DNA from: Lama guanicoe
Lineage: Eukaryota
Length of the DNA: 64,000 nucleotides
Direction of reading: 5' to 3'
NCBI GenBank assembly: GCA_013239625.1
Contig: MU053934.1
Location: forward strand, 8,515,352 to 8,579,351
The notes under the pieces were generated by a model. That model saw only the letters and a program-made list of their open reading frames with translations. It made no database searches and was not told the origin of the DNA. The position numbers were made by a program, and so were the translations under genes. Positions 1 to 12,834 of this stretch are shown here, piece by piece. Each line of letters begins with the position of its first letter. Within the stretch, counting starts at the first letter, position 1.

Positions 1-559
1 GGTTCTAGGATCAGCCCCTCCTCTCCCCGACTGATTCATTCCAGAAGCATTTATAGGGAGACCAGGGCTGGGGTTCTGGTGACGCCAGAACTTGCTCAGC
101 ACAGGCATTGCTTCAGGAAAGGCCCAGAGGAGGACAGCAAGGGTGCCTTGCCCTGTCTGAGGGAGGGGGCAGGTGCAGGTGAGCCCCGTGGGAATCCCAG
201 AAACTGGAGGGTCCTACCGTGCGCTCAGGAGGCTGGATTAGGCCCAGCTTTGTCGTTTGTGGATTGAGTGAGGTTGAACAAGTTGTTTCACCCACTCTGC
301 CTCAGTTTCCTCAGCTGGAAAATTAAAACTGCGGAGGAGTGTGTGTCCATGTGGCGCCGGGGTCTTGAGAAATCTGTGTGGGCACAGTCTTTGTGGGGAG
401 GGATGGAGAGGTGGGGGCGACTCCGTAAGCCTTTGCACCAGGGATCTGGGAGGGGGCAGGAAGCTGAGCACCGTGTGGGTGTGGCCGCAGGGGACGGCGC
501 GGGGCCTGTGCTTGGGGTTGGATTGTGCATTGGTGCGTATTCGTTTCCTGTGGGCACGT

Positions 560-1500
560 GTGGCCCTCAGAAGAGGGCGACCCCAGGAGGACCAGCTCAA
601 GGGGCGCTGAGCGGGCGGTGGCTACGGCCGCGGAGGCGCCGGCCACGCCCCCACTCAGTGCCCCGCCCAGCTTGGTCCCGCCTCTGCACACGCCCCCTTC
701 CCTGAGGCCCCGCCTCTGCCCCGTAAACTCCGCCCCTGGGGCCGCCCCTGCTCCGCCCTGGGCCCTGGGCCCCGCCCCCTCCTGCCCGGGTTCCGTTTGC
801 GCTGGGTCCGCGCTACCCGCCGCGGTACTGGCGCTCCAGGCTGCGGCCGCTCCGAGCAATGATTAACCCCGCGGGGCGGCCGGCGCGGGGCCCGGGGCGG
901 AGGCGGCGGGCTGGGGCGGGACCCCGGAGGACCGCTCGGCTTCCTGCTTTCGCCGAAGTTTCCTCGTAGAGGGCGCAGCGCCCGCAGGGGCCCGCGGCGC
1001 GGCGTGGCGCAGGGCGCGGCGCCGGACGCGCGTGGGCGCCGAGTCGGCCGCCGGGGTCACCATGAGGACTCTCCGCAGGTTGAAGTTCATGAGTTCGCCC
1101 AGCCTCAGTGATCTGGGCAAGAGAGAGCCGGCCGCCGCCGCCGCAGACGAGCGGGGCACGCAGCAGCGCCGGGCCTGCGCCAACGCCACCTGGAACAGGT
1201 AAGGCCGCGCCCTCCTGGTCGGCCCGCGGGCCCCTGGTCCCGGAGTCGGGGGAGGGGGAGCCTTCTAGCCGGTCCGCGGGCCAAGGCAGGCCCCCAGCGA
1301 GGAACTGTGTCGGGGCAGCGCGGCACTTCACAATTTGTAGAGAACTTGCTCCTCCAGAGTTGTGCGGGCGGGGAGGGAAGTTTAGTGCAACGTGTTTCTA
1401 GAACGGAGAGACGAGACTGTGGACCCGGGGCTGGTTCCAAAGCGCCCAGCTGGTGGGTGGCGGGGTGGGCCTGGATCCCGCGAGCCCGCCTTCCCCCGGG
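560..1500 (+). promoter_or_regulatory. PRR5: CpG island / TATA-less GC-box promoter of PRR5
   Basis: Very high GC and CpG density with several Sp/KLF GC boxes (ccccgccc, ggggcggg) around the first coding exon; boundaries approximate. Confidence 0.85.
1062..1198 (+). CDS. PRR5: PRR5 (Protor-1) coding exon 1
   Basis: cacc-ATG 1062; encodes MRTLRRLKFMSSPSLSDLGKREPAAAAADERGTQQRRACANATWN(S); donor CAG|gtaagg; 137 nt, ends phase 2. Matches the PRR5 N-terminus. Confidence 0.96.
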
Positions 1501-2399
1501 GTCTTCCCACGCCTCTGCTCCAGTGCTCATGGCAACCTGGGAGGTAAATAGAGCAGGAAGTGTTTATCCCATTTCGCCTATGAGCAGATGAGCCTCGCGG
1601 GCGCAGTCGGTGGGTTGCTTCTGCGCTTCCTGTTTCTGCGTTAGGGTTCCTCTGGTCGGGGGTGGGCGGGTGGCTTTCCCTTGAGGGGCCCCCTGTCCTC
1701 CCAGCTGTCAGCAGGGGTGCTGCAGCTGCCCGGCATTCCTTAGACGACCCTCCCCCAGCGGGCCCTTCCCAGACTAGCAGGGGCGTGGGAAGTCCCACCA
1801 CCCCTCCGCCCCCACCCCAGCTTTGTTTGAAGAGCAAGGCTGGGATCCGGAAAAAGAGACGGTTTATTCAGTGGGATTTCCCACCGTGTTTGCTCATGAG
1901 CTCTTTTCAAAAATAGGTGTTTCCACCCAAAGGAAAATGAGAGGGGAGTAGAGAGTGGGGCAGACTTTTCAGGGGGCTGTAGATGCTGTCCCCCCACCAC
2001 ACACGCCTGGCGGTGAAATCCTGCCAGATACTCCACTGTCTGGTTTCGGCCACCAGGAAGCTGACTGTCTACGTGGATGCTCGTTTATTCAGTTCATCAG
2101 TCGTTTCATGAGCATCATGATGGGCACAGGGCTGCCAGCCTGAGACCCTCGTCTGTGCACCAGGCAGGACACAGCTGTCCGCGTCACGTACTCCTCTCCT
2201 GCCCCTTACAGGGATGCAAACTGCTTGAGGGCTGGGACTGGTCGGCCTCAGTTTCCCTGTCGGTCAGTGGGCACCCGCATTCCTTCTTATGGAACTGCTG
2301 TGAGGACAGTGAAAGAAGGCCTATCCTTGGGGAATCTTATCTACCCAGTGACTGTACACTGTCTTAAGAGGCATTTTCTCCTCTCACAGAATTGAGGTG

Positions 2400-2640
2400 A
2401 TGGAAGCAGTCTTTGCCATGGTTTAGCAGAAGGAGCCAGATAGATTTTAGTTCAAATCTCAGCTCTGCCTCTTCCCTACTGCGTAAGCTGGAGCAAGTTG
2501 TTTAACCTCTCTGGTCCTCAATGTCCTTCTCCATAAAATGGGTTAATAAGAGTGCCCATATCATAGGGCTGTCATAGGGATTAAATGTGAAGATCTGTAT
2601 TAAAGCCTTTAGCACGTGCCTGGCACATAGTAGGTCCTCT
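2400..2640. mobile_element. MIR SINE
   Basis: MIR-core-like text: ttcaaatctcagctctgcc...aacctctctggtcctcaatgtccttctccataaaatggg...cctggcacatagtagg. Confidence 0.7.
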
Positions 2641-3499
2641 GTAACTCATTACTCAAGTTCAAACTCATGCCCGGGACAAACTTGTGTCAGGGTGAGCCTG
2701 CAGGGATTTGAGGGGCCCCTCAGGAGACAGCTATTTCCTGAGCTCTCACCTACGGCAACTGTCTGAGCACCCCTGCCCCTGCTGGGGTCTCCTGGTGTGG
2801 CTGACCCTGCTGGGGGGGGTCCCCAGGGAGTGTCTGGGCAGAGGTGGGGGCAGCCTGAGGTCAGCTCTGAGCATTCCGGGGCTCGGGGGTGGTTGTAGGG
2901 CAAGGTCCCCTGAGCCCCTCCACTGCTTCTCACTTAGAGGAGTGTCAGAACTTCGGCTCTGCTCTGTGCCTCGGCCTGCCGACTGCAGGGGAGCGCCTGC
3001 TTCCACAGCCCAGACGGCACCTGTAAGGCCCTGAGCCTCCCAGCCCCTGGACCCACATCAGCCCCACCTGCTGGGCTGTCCTCCTGTGTGCCAGGCCCCT
3101 TTGTGACCCTTGGCTCACTTCGCCACTGTCTCATAGCCCAAGGATGCAGACATGACTACCACCCCCCATTTAGAGGTGCAGAGGGGGACACCACCAGGAG
3201 ACCTGCCCACGTGGACGCCGCAGAGCAGAGCCCCTGCGCTCTCCCTGAGGAGAGGGAGCACTGAGCTGGGGAGGGGCAGTACCTTCCCCCGCAGCGCCCC
3301 GCAGAGACCACTGAGGGGCCAGGCCTCTTCTGATCACTGCCTGCCTGCCTCCCCGCCCCCACCCCGGTCCCGGCAGCGCTCCCTGCCAGGGCCCATCAGG
3401 ACCACAGCCTTGGGGGTCGGGACATTGCGGGCCCTGCCTTGCTGAGTTGTGGACGCCTCATTCTGAGTCCAAGGTGAACCCCCTTTCCCATGTGACCAC

Positions 3500-3930
3500 A
3501 TTAATTTCCTAGGGGTGGCTGTAACAAATTGTCGCAGACTGAGTGGCTTAAAACAACAAAAGTTTATTCTCTCCCAGTTCTGGAGGCCAGAAGTCCCAAA
3601 TCAAGGTGTCCGGGCACGCTCCCTCCAGAGGCTCTAGGGGAGGCCCCTTCCTTCCTCTTCCAGCTCCTCGTGGCTCCCTGGCCTGTGGCCACACCACTCA
3701 CTCTCTGCTTCTGTCCCCACTGGGTCTCTCCGCCGTGCCGCTATGTCCACACCTCCTCTCCCGCTCTTATTTATAAAGACGCCAGTCACTGGATACAGGG
3801 CCCACCCTAAATCCAGGACGATCTCATCCCAAGTTCCTTAACTAATTACATCCACAGAGACCCTGTTTCCAATTAAGATCTAGGGTATCAAGTGGGCATG
3901 AATTTCTAGGGGGACACTATTCAGCCCACC
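3500..3930. mobile_element. MaLR LTR (MLT1-type)
   Basis: gctgtaacaaatt...ggcttaaaacaacaaaagtttattctctcccagttctggaggccagaagtc...ttataaagacgccagtcactggat, typical MLT1 motifs. Confidence 0.7.
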
Positions 3931-3996
3931 TCAGTGACATCCGTTTCCTCACCTGGATGCTCACTCCAGGTTAGTGGAATCCATGTCCCCACCTAG

Positions 3997-4020
3997 CATT
4001 CATTCATTCATTCATTCATT
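3997..4020 (+). repeat. (CATT)n microsatellite, probably an L2 tail
   Basis: cattcattcattcattcattcatt. Confidence 0.85.
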
Positions 4021-5529
4021 CTCTCTCTCACTGGCACTGGGCCAGCCCAGGGCATAGAATCAAGCGGACAACAGCCTGGGGCTTGGAGTTGATGAGGGGA
4101 TTCAGGAGATAAACAAGGATGCGTGTAAACCCACGGGGTCTGTGTGGGTGGCGTTCCGTGCGGGGAAGAGGATGAACCGGATGAGCGCGGTGCTGAGCAC
4201 ACACGGCTAGAGCCTGCGACCCCTGCTTCCTCCGTGCACGCTGATCCCGTGGCTGTGCGGGGGATGTTTGAGGTCCGGATACCAGGCTTCCAGCTGGCTG
4301 GGCCACCCCCCAAAGCGTAAACTGGAACTGCTTCCTAAGCACCTGCTGCTGCATGGCAGGGCAGGGCGCTCCCCTGCGCCTGGCCCAGTGCTGGCGCTGC
4401 AGAGGCAGGTGCGGGCGGCCTAGAAGGCTCACCTGTCGCTCCTACCTGGAGTTCCTATCCCCTCCCTCCCCAAGGGCCCGGACGTCATGTCACCATCTGT
4501 CCCCGTATTCGCCCCCGTTAGCTCCCTGCTGGGCTTGGGCCCAATGCGTGTTCAGGGCCTCTGGCTCCATGAAGGTCCTGTTCTTGGGCTAAGAGGCCAG
4601 CGGGGAGGGGGCAGGAACTCCCCAAACCTCAGCACAAGTGCCCTGTACCTGCATTTGGGCCAGAGGTGTCACCATCATGGCGCCCTTCTCCTTGCCTGGC
4701 CTGGATCCCCCCAGATGCTTGAGGTTTGGAGAGCCCAGTGCCCACCCACCTTCTGGATGTGAGAGCGGAGGCCCCCAGCAGGTAGCCTGTGCCCTTGCGC
4801 TGCGAGCGACCTTACCCTCTCACACTCCACAGATTTGCCTCCAAGGCTGAGATGATGGTCTTTAGCTTAGAGATAGAGAAACTGAGACAGGGGGAGAGGG
4901 ACTTGATCAAGAGCCTCGGCCAGCGTTGGGTCTGAGCCTTGGTCTGACTTGAAGCTGCTGCCCGGGCGCCCATGTGAGTTTGTGTCTGCTGGCCAGGTGA
5001 GGCCAGTATTGCTGGTAAGAGCCCGGAGGCTGTGGCTGCCCGCCTTGTCTGCCCGTCCCTGGTCCTGGACGGGGAAGGCGGGGATAGGGGGCGCTGGCCC
5101 AAACCCCACAGAGCGTCCTGTACCCAGATCTCCTCCTGGACCATGAACATCCCATCCCCCCAGCTGGTGGTGCACACTCACCCCGACCCATGCTGGGCTC
5201 TGTCCAAACCCGGGACGTGGAGGAGCTGCTTTCATCCCTGCAGCACCTTCCAGGTGGTTCTCATCGCCCCCATCCTGCAGATAAGAGCACTGAGGCTCAG
5301 AGAGGTGCGGGGACTGTCCAGGTCTCTGACTCCAAAGCTTCTGCCACCACCTCGTAGGGGTCTCTGAGGAGCCAGAGGAAGCTGGCTGGAGCCTCAGGGT
5401 GACTGGTTGGTTGGGAGTAGGGGGTTGGAGGGCAGTGGGGGGCCTGTGCGTGGCTTCCCCACCACCCCACCTACTCGCTCTGGGTCAGGCCCCGGGTCCT
5501 GAGCCCATGCCCCTCTGAGTTAGTCTAGG

Positions 5530-6000
5530 TGTGGCCAGCAGAGCAGTGGTCCCCAAAGATGCCCCGGGACCTGTGAATACATTTCCTTACATGTCAAAAG
5601 GGACTTTTCAGATGTGATTAAGTAAAGGATCTTCAAGTGGGGAGGTGATCCAGGCGAGCCCAGTGTTATCACAAGGGTCTCGACAGGAGGGAGACCGGGG
5701 CTCAGGGTTCAAGAAGGAGGCGTGAGGATGGAGGCAGATTGGTTGAAGACACCACGGTGCCGGCTTTAAGGATGGAGGGAGGAGCCCGGGCCAGGGAACG
5801 TGGCTGCCTCTAGAAGCTGGAAGAGGCCAGGAAACATTCTCCCCTAGAGCCTCCAGAATGAGGCTCGAGTGACACCTTGACTCTAGTCCTATGACAGTGA
5901 TTTAGAGCTTCTGGTTTCAGAACTGCAAGAAAGCACATTGGTCTGGTTGTAAGCCACTAAGCGTGTGGTCTCTTGTTACAGCAGTGGCAGGACGCTCATA
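5530..6000. mobile_element. MaLR LTR (MLT1D-like)
   Basis: ggtccccaaagatg...cctgtgaatac...aaagggacttttcagatgtgattaag...ctagagcctccaga...aagccactaagcgtgtggt. Confidence 0.7.
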
Positions 6001-9000
6001 CGCTGGATTTCCCTCCCTCCCAACCCTGCTCACTTCTCTGCCCCCCAGCTCGGGCTTAGAGCCGTCTGCAGTTCCTGAACCTGGCCTCCCACTTGGCCGG
6101 TGGGGATGTGAAATCAGGCAGCTGTGGGAGGAGGTGGTTGCTCCACTGTCCCCTGCAGCCTTTCAGGATGGGTAGATCAGCCCACAGCCAGGCATCTGCC
6201 TACCTGGGCAGGTGAGCCTCTAGAGTAAAGTTCCAAGCTCCTGCTTGGCACCCAGGGAGGAGGAGTGGTGGGCGCGGGGCCCCTCCCACTTGGCCAGGAG
6301 CCCGGGCCAGGGTTGGGCGTTATTTAAACCAGGTGCCCCGAAAGCAGGGCGAGAGTGATGCTGGTTGCTGAGGAGCAGGTGAACCTGGTATTCTCAGCCC
6401 CACTTTCCGGCTGGTCAGATGGGGGCCCCACACGTTGGCAAGGTTGGGCTCTGAGTCACCTGTCTCCCTGTGCCTTTCACCGGGGCGTGAAGAGGAGGCC
6501 AGTGGACGCTTCTCCAGGGGCGGCTGGAACAGAGCCACGCAGTCCCCCCACTTCATCTCAGGGCTGGGCTGACCCTCCAGGATACAGATGAGGACACTGG
6601 GGCTCTGGTCACCGTTACATGGACAGGGCAGAGGGAAGGCTAGAACCTGGTCTGTCTGAGGTGGGCTGGGAGCCAAGGCAGGCACTGTGGGGCCCCAGTG
6701 GAGCCCAGTACCCACACCCACCCTCGTCCAACAGCAGGGAGATAGATCTTGAGAAGAGTCAGGCCTTGACACCAGTGGGAGGGGCTGGAGGAAGTGCCAG
6801 CCCCTCCCGGGTCCAGGTCGGCCAGTTTTCTGGGCCTCCAGAGCAGGGCAGGGCTCTACCTCCAGGCCCCCAGCTGGGGCCTCAGCCTCTCTAGAGGTCC
6901 CTGAAGGCTCACTGGCCTAGCCTGCCACTCACTCACTCTCTGCCAGGGCTTCCTGTATGGGCAGGCAGGCGACACTGAGAGACGTGTGACAGTGGGCCAG
7001 GGACCCACCCAGCTGGTGTCCCACCTGCTCTCGGCCCCACGCTGACCCCAGCCTGAGCCAGAGCAGCCACGGGCAGGTCTCCCCCAGGAGCCCCACAATC
7101 TGCCCTTCCTCCCCGAGCCTGACCGTGGGGGGCCCCGTCCTGTCCCAGGCAGCCCTGGTGGCAGCACATCTCGGCACCATCGTGGGTGCCGTGGAACCTC
7201 ACCAGGGGCCCTGCCCCCCCCCAGGTGAGAGGCTGAGTCTTGTCCCTGCCCTCCTGCCTCCCTGCGTGGGGAGAAGGGATGGGCCGGAGAGGGCCTGCCC
7301 AGTGAGAGGAAGCAGTGGAGGGAGGTGTTGGGCCGGCTGCCGCTCCGGCCTCACCAGGAAGTGCCCCGGTGTCCCCGGCTGGGCCTGCCTGCCTCTGGCC
7401 TGGGACGGCCCGCGCCAGGGTTTCACTTCTATTTGGGGTATAAGTCACAGTATAAGCCTCTCCTCTCCCCACCCCTCCCCTCTCCCCCAGTGGCTCCTAG
7501 CAAGGTTTTGTTATTTACTGAACTCGGACTTTGGAAAGAGCGTGGAACCTCGGCTGGAGAGGCCTTGCCTGTCCACCTGCCCGCCCCGCATTGGGTGGGG
7601 GCAGTTTCTGAGCAGCCATGTGGGAGTCGGGGGACTGTGGGCATGGGGCTCTGTTCTGGTCCTTCCAGGCATCAAGCTGTGTGACTCTGGGCAGTGTCCC
7701 TTGGCTTCTCTGAGCCTCAGTGTTTCCATCTGCAACCTGGGCTGTAACAGTCCCCACTTCATGCCGTGGTTAGAAGGAGGTGGGGATGCTTGAGCTGTGG
7801 GGAATGCTTTGAGGGGCACTCCCTCCCCTGGAGTCACTGCTGATGATACCATAGCACACATGACCCTGCAGGGCGCTCTCTGCTCCCCAGTGTCTCCTAA
7901 AGGAGCTGTAATTCTGAACCTTGTTGTACCCATTGTACAGACAGAGAAGCTGAGGCACACGTGGTCCTATCTCTTGGCCCAGTCATGCAGCAGGGAAGCC
8001 CAGACCTGGGATTCAAACCTAGACTCGCACCTGAACCAGCCTGAGGGCTGGAGGTGGGATGGGTGGGAGCAGGGTCCACCTGGGTAGGAGGCTGGGCTGG
8101 GGTGTGGACAGGAGAACTCCAGGGTGACCCCAGGGCTGGGCAGGTCACTGCTCAGATACACGGGTTGAAAGATGGAAGGGTGGGGATGAGGCTGGGCTGC
8201 AAATGGGGGCCAAATGGTAAACCAAATAGACCTCCGCTCCCCCAAAAAAAGCTAGGGTCAAATCCTCATCCGACACCATAGTGAGGAGGGGTGGGCCTGA
8301 CCTCATGGTGAGCCTCCAGGATGGGGAGCAGCAAGGGCGAAGGCCCTGAGGCAGGAGGAGGCCGCTGCTGCTCAGACCCAGGCGTGGAGAGTGGTGGGGG
8401 GTGGTTCTGGTGACACAAGGCGCCAGACCCTTGAGGGCCTCGAGGCAAGACTTTTCCAAAGAGCCGTCTTACCCTCCAGAGCCATGTGGTTAAGGTCCCC
8501 TCTGAGCAGGTGACCAGAGTGGGCTGGGAGTCCTCTGGAAGGTTTACCAGAGAGGGAGGAAGGCCTTGGAGAGGCAGCAGGCCCAGGCCTGGCAGGCTGA
8601 CCAGGGCTCCCTCCATGTTGTCCCCTTGGCCTGATGGAGGCCTAGGCCCCAGGGAGACCTCGGGAGTGGCTGGGCCCGTGGGGCCAGGGTCAGGAACGCC
8701 CCACCTGCCAGCCCCCAGGCTCCTCCGCCGACAGGACTGGGAGGGGCTGACCCCACTCTGTGGTTGTCCCTCCTCCGCTCCCTGCAGCCTCAGCCTCACG
8801 GGCCGGGAGCGAGTCCCCAGCTGTTTGGATTTCAGGGTGGCAGCTGCTTTGGACAGCGGGCTTCCTGGCGGCCGTAAGACTTCCCGTCAGAACTTCACTT
8901 GTTTCAGTCTGTAGACGGGGAACAGGTTGCCGTGACGCAGTTGTGGGCCTGGGTCTACCGGGGACCTCTTAGCAGGTGAGTCCACCCCGGCCATGACCTC

Positions 9001-10139
9001 CCACTGAGGCCTTCATCCTCCCAGCAACCTGGGGCAGGCGCACTCGTGACCCCCATTCACAGACAGGAGACAGAAGTTAGAGGACATGTGCCCAGATGCA
9101 CGAATAAGCGACATTCCAGCACCAGGCGCCAGAGTCAGGCAGTCCAGGTCAGGTGACGAGGCCTCTGGCCTGGCCAGGCTGGGACCAGCCGTGGAACCCG
9201 GGCAGGTCCCTGCCCTGCTCAGAGCAGCCTTCACCCACCTGGGGTGTGGGGCCCTGCCCCTGCCCTGCCCCCTCCAGGGTGCACAGCTGACTTGGCATCA
9301 GGAGGCTGCGTGGGGAGAGGAGGCAGCTGTCGGGTCAGCTCTGTGGCTTCCCGGAGGGACTTGGCTCTTCTGAGCCTCAGTTTCCTCATCTGCAAAGTGG
9401 GCGGCTAGTCCATGTTGCTGGGAAGGGCAGAGCTGATAAAAGCAGACCAGGGCACCCAGACTGGGTCACTGCCGTCTAATCCGTGCTGCGAATGGCAGCA
9501 CATGTCCGGCTGTCCCTCCAGGCCAAAAATCGCACTGCCTGTCCGCAGTGGTGAGCTTCAGAACAGCAGCCAGACCCTGGGGGGAGCAGTGCAGCCACCC
9601 AGACTGCGCTTTCGCCCTCAGGAGCTCATGGCTGGTGGCAGGGACCGACATGAAAGTAAATCGGCGGAGTGCTAGGGTATGAGTCTGTGCAGGGAAGGGA
9701 GGGGGCCAGGAGGGCTTTTTGGTTGCGGTGGCCTTGGAGCCAAGGCTCTAGTATAGATCCCTAGTAGATAGAGAGCATTAAAGGCCTGCCAGGTCAGGGG
9801 CAGTGGGTGCAAAGACCCTGACGTATGGCAGCCCCTGGCAGGTCCAGTACTCTGTGAGATTATAGTGTAGGATGCGCAGGAATGCAGGGAGGGACCATTC
9901 TGGACGAGCCTCAAATGCCATGTCCAGGCCTTGGGCTATATCTTCAGGGCCCTGGGCAAGGAAGGGACTCTGGCTGCAGTGGGTTGTGGACGCACTAGGG
10001 AGGTAGCTGGGGCGATCGGAGGTTTAGGGGAGCACAGAGGAGAGAGGCAGGGTGCGGCAGAGACCACGGGGTAGAAATGGGTGGGGCTTCAGGATCAACT
10101 GGATTTGGAGGGTGAGGGAGAGTCAGGATAAATTTCATC

Positions 10140-10500
10140 AGATGCTTAACCAGGCTTCTTTGAGCCAGGCGCTGAGCACACGGTCATGAACAACACGGCC
10201 CTGTGGCCTGAGGTTTGTAGATAATGGCGGAGACCAACCACTGAAACAAATCACTTATAAACATGCAGGTGTCCACTGACAAGTTTTGTAAATGCTGAGA
10301 TGACTTGTGACCCGAAGGAAGGATCCACGTGGATCCAGGGGAGGGGGAACCAAGCAGAAGAAAGGACGTGTGTACAGGCCCTGTGGTGAGGGCAGCTCCC
10401 TCGGTGGAGCTGGGTGCAGGTGGCACAGGCACAGCCCGGGGGCACTGGGGGCCAGCTCACAGCGCCCTGAAGCACCGGGAGAGTAAGCCAGTCGGACTCG
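10140..10500. mobile_element. L2 LINE fragment
   Basis: Degenerate L2 3' end-like sequence (gagccaggcgctgagcacac...gtgtacaggccctgtggtgag). Confidence 0.45.
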
Positions 10501-10851
10501 GTTATGTTTGGGGGTATAAGGCGATCAGAGGGTGGCCCCTAATTTCTGGCCTGGGTGTAGAGGGTTCAAGAACACGGGAGGGGAGGCAGGGTGTGGAGCG
10601 TACACAGATGTCCTGGAGAGATGATGGGGAGGCTGGGGCTGGGAGCTGAGGTTCTGGTGTGGACAGGGTTCCACGGGGACGGCCAATCCCTGTGCTCCAG
10701 GGCCTGCCTCCTGAGAGAAAGAACGGGCCCCTGCTTCTGACCGGGCCCCCTCTGTTCCTCAGGCAGAGCAGGAGGGGCTCCTGGGGAGAGGGAAGGTGGG
10801 GAGGGGTCTCGGGGCCTCTGGACAGACATTCTCCTCTTTCCCCGCCTACAG

Positions 10852-10932
10852 CATCCACAACGGGGTGATCGCCGTCTTCCAGCGCAAGGGGCTGCCCGAC
10901 CAGGAGCTTTTCAGCCTCAACGAAGGCGTCCG
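10852..10932 (+). CDS. PRR5: PRR5 coding exon 2
   Basis: Pyrimidine tract + ctacag|; (S)IHNGVIAVFQRKGLPDQELFSLNEGV(R); donor CG|gtgagt; 81 nt. Confidence 0.96.
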
Positions 10933-12834
10933 GTGAGTGGCCGTCTGTCCTGTTCCGGGCCTGGGTCTGGGAGTCGGGGGAGGGCCTAGGCTGAACCCTC
11001 CCCACCACCATCCCCCAGCCTCAGGTTCTACCATTAGGACAGAGGTAGCAGTGACCACCGCGGGGACCTTAGCCGCAGGTGCTGTTCCCTTCACCCCCAC
11101 CCCGCCTGACAACTCCTTTTCAGGGAGGCAGGGTGGGACTTGGACAGTGGTTCAAGATAACACCCGCATTCCTCGCTGGTGTTGAGCATCACAGAGGATA
11201 TTTATTCTGTTAAAAGAGGAAGGACCCACCTGCTTAATGATGGGAGTGTCGTTTCCAGAAAAGCAATTACAGCCGGCCGAACGCCCCTCATTTCCTGTGC
11301 ATAGCCGAGAACTGAGCGCTTGTAAGGCGCCCAGGACAGCCCAGCTCCGAGGGAGTCTGCAAGGCCGGTGCGTTAGTCCTGCGTTGTAGTGGCGGCTGAA
11401 GCTCAGAGAGGTGCAGTGAATTGTCCAGGGTCACACAGCCGCTGCGGAGGGGCGTCTCCCACCTCTGTGCTTTTCCTCCCGCCCCAGCCCGTGCTACCCT
11501 GGCCCCGCATCAGAAGACTCTTTGGGAAAAATAGGCAGCAAACCTCCTCATCAGCCGGGGCAGGAGTTAAAGGGTGCTGGGGACAGGGTCACCCCACCCC
11601 CACCCCCGCAATGGCAGCGCTGAAACGGCCCTTACACAAGGTAAACGGAGGCCCAGGCCGGGAGAGGGGCTGGCTGAAGTCACAGAGAACAAGGGCTTGT
11701 TGCCTCCCCGAGACCCGATGTGTGTGACCGGAATTCCAGGGGGTCCTGCTTTTCTTGGGCTCATGTGACCAGACAGGGGTGGGGCCCTAGGAGCCACTGG
11801 GGGTCTCAGTGGGGCCCACAGCAGCCCCGTTTTCCTAATACGCCTCTGCTTAGGGTAAAAGGCGTTCTTTTACCTGAAGAATCGGCTGGATGTTTAAACA
11901 ACAAAAACAAAAGAGGAAGTATTTCTAAATTCATGGACAAAGCAGCAAGGACAGCCCTCCTGCAGTGTGTACATCCTTCCCATCCCGTGGCAGAAGCAGC
12001 AGGCGTGATCGCCTGGCCTCCAGCCGCCTCCTCTCCACGGGGACTGTGACTGCAGCCCCGGTGTCCCCGTGCCCAGCCCTGGGGGGGGCTGGCACAGTGG
12101 GTGGCCTCCCTCAGGAGCGTGTGCTGGGGATGGAGGGCAGAGAGGCTGCCCTGGGCTCCAGGTCACCCTCGCCAGCCCCAGGTCCTTTCCTAAGAATCAG
12201 GTAGAGGTCAGGTGATGTGAGGCTTGGAGCTCCTGGCCAGTTAGGCTGTTTGGGGCAATATCTTTTTAGCCAGTCGAAAATTAAATGGTGGCGATTGTTA
12301 AGTAATAACAGAGCCTTTCTGTTGAGGGTTTGTTCTGCGCCGTGAGCTTTCTCCATGCCCTGTGCTCTCTCTGTGTCCCTGAGGACCGGGCACCTTATGG
12401 TCCCCATTTTACAGATGAGGAAACCGAGGCACAGAGAGGGCATGGGCTGCTCAGGGTCACAGGACTCGTCAGCAGAGCTAGGGCTCAGGCCCCCGACTCC
12501 AGGGCCTGTGGGTTCTTCTCCCCCGCGCTGCCCCCCCAGCTCATCTGCATCACATGGCCACATTAAATTGAGTTTAATTGTGCAGTAAATCCGTTATTGG
12601 TCATTAGCTTTGATGCCACGAGAGAGCCTTGTGACTGGAGCCACCGACTGTCCTGTTATCTGATGTTTTCCACTCAGTTCTGAGGATGGTCAGTGCGGGT
12701 GAGGGCCGGGGCTCCCTCAGCTGTCCCCAGGCACGGGCGGGGCCAGGGTCAGAGCACTGTCACAGGATTCTGACGTCCGTCCGTCATTCTCGTTTTCTGC
12801 CATTTTATATAAATGTGTGTGTGTGTGTGTGTGT

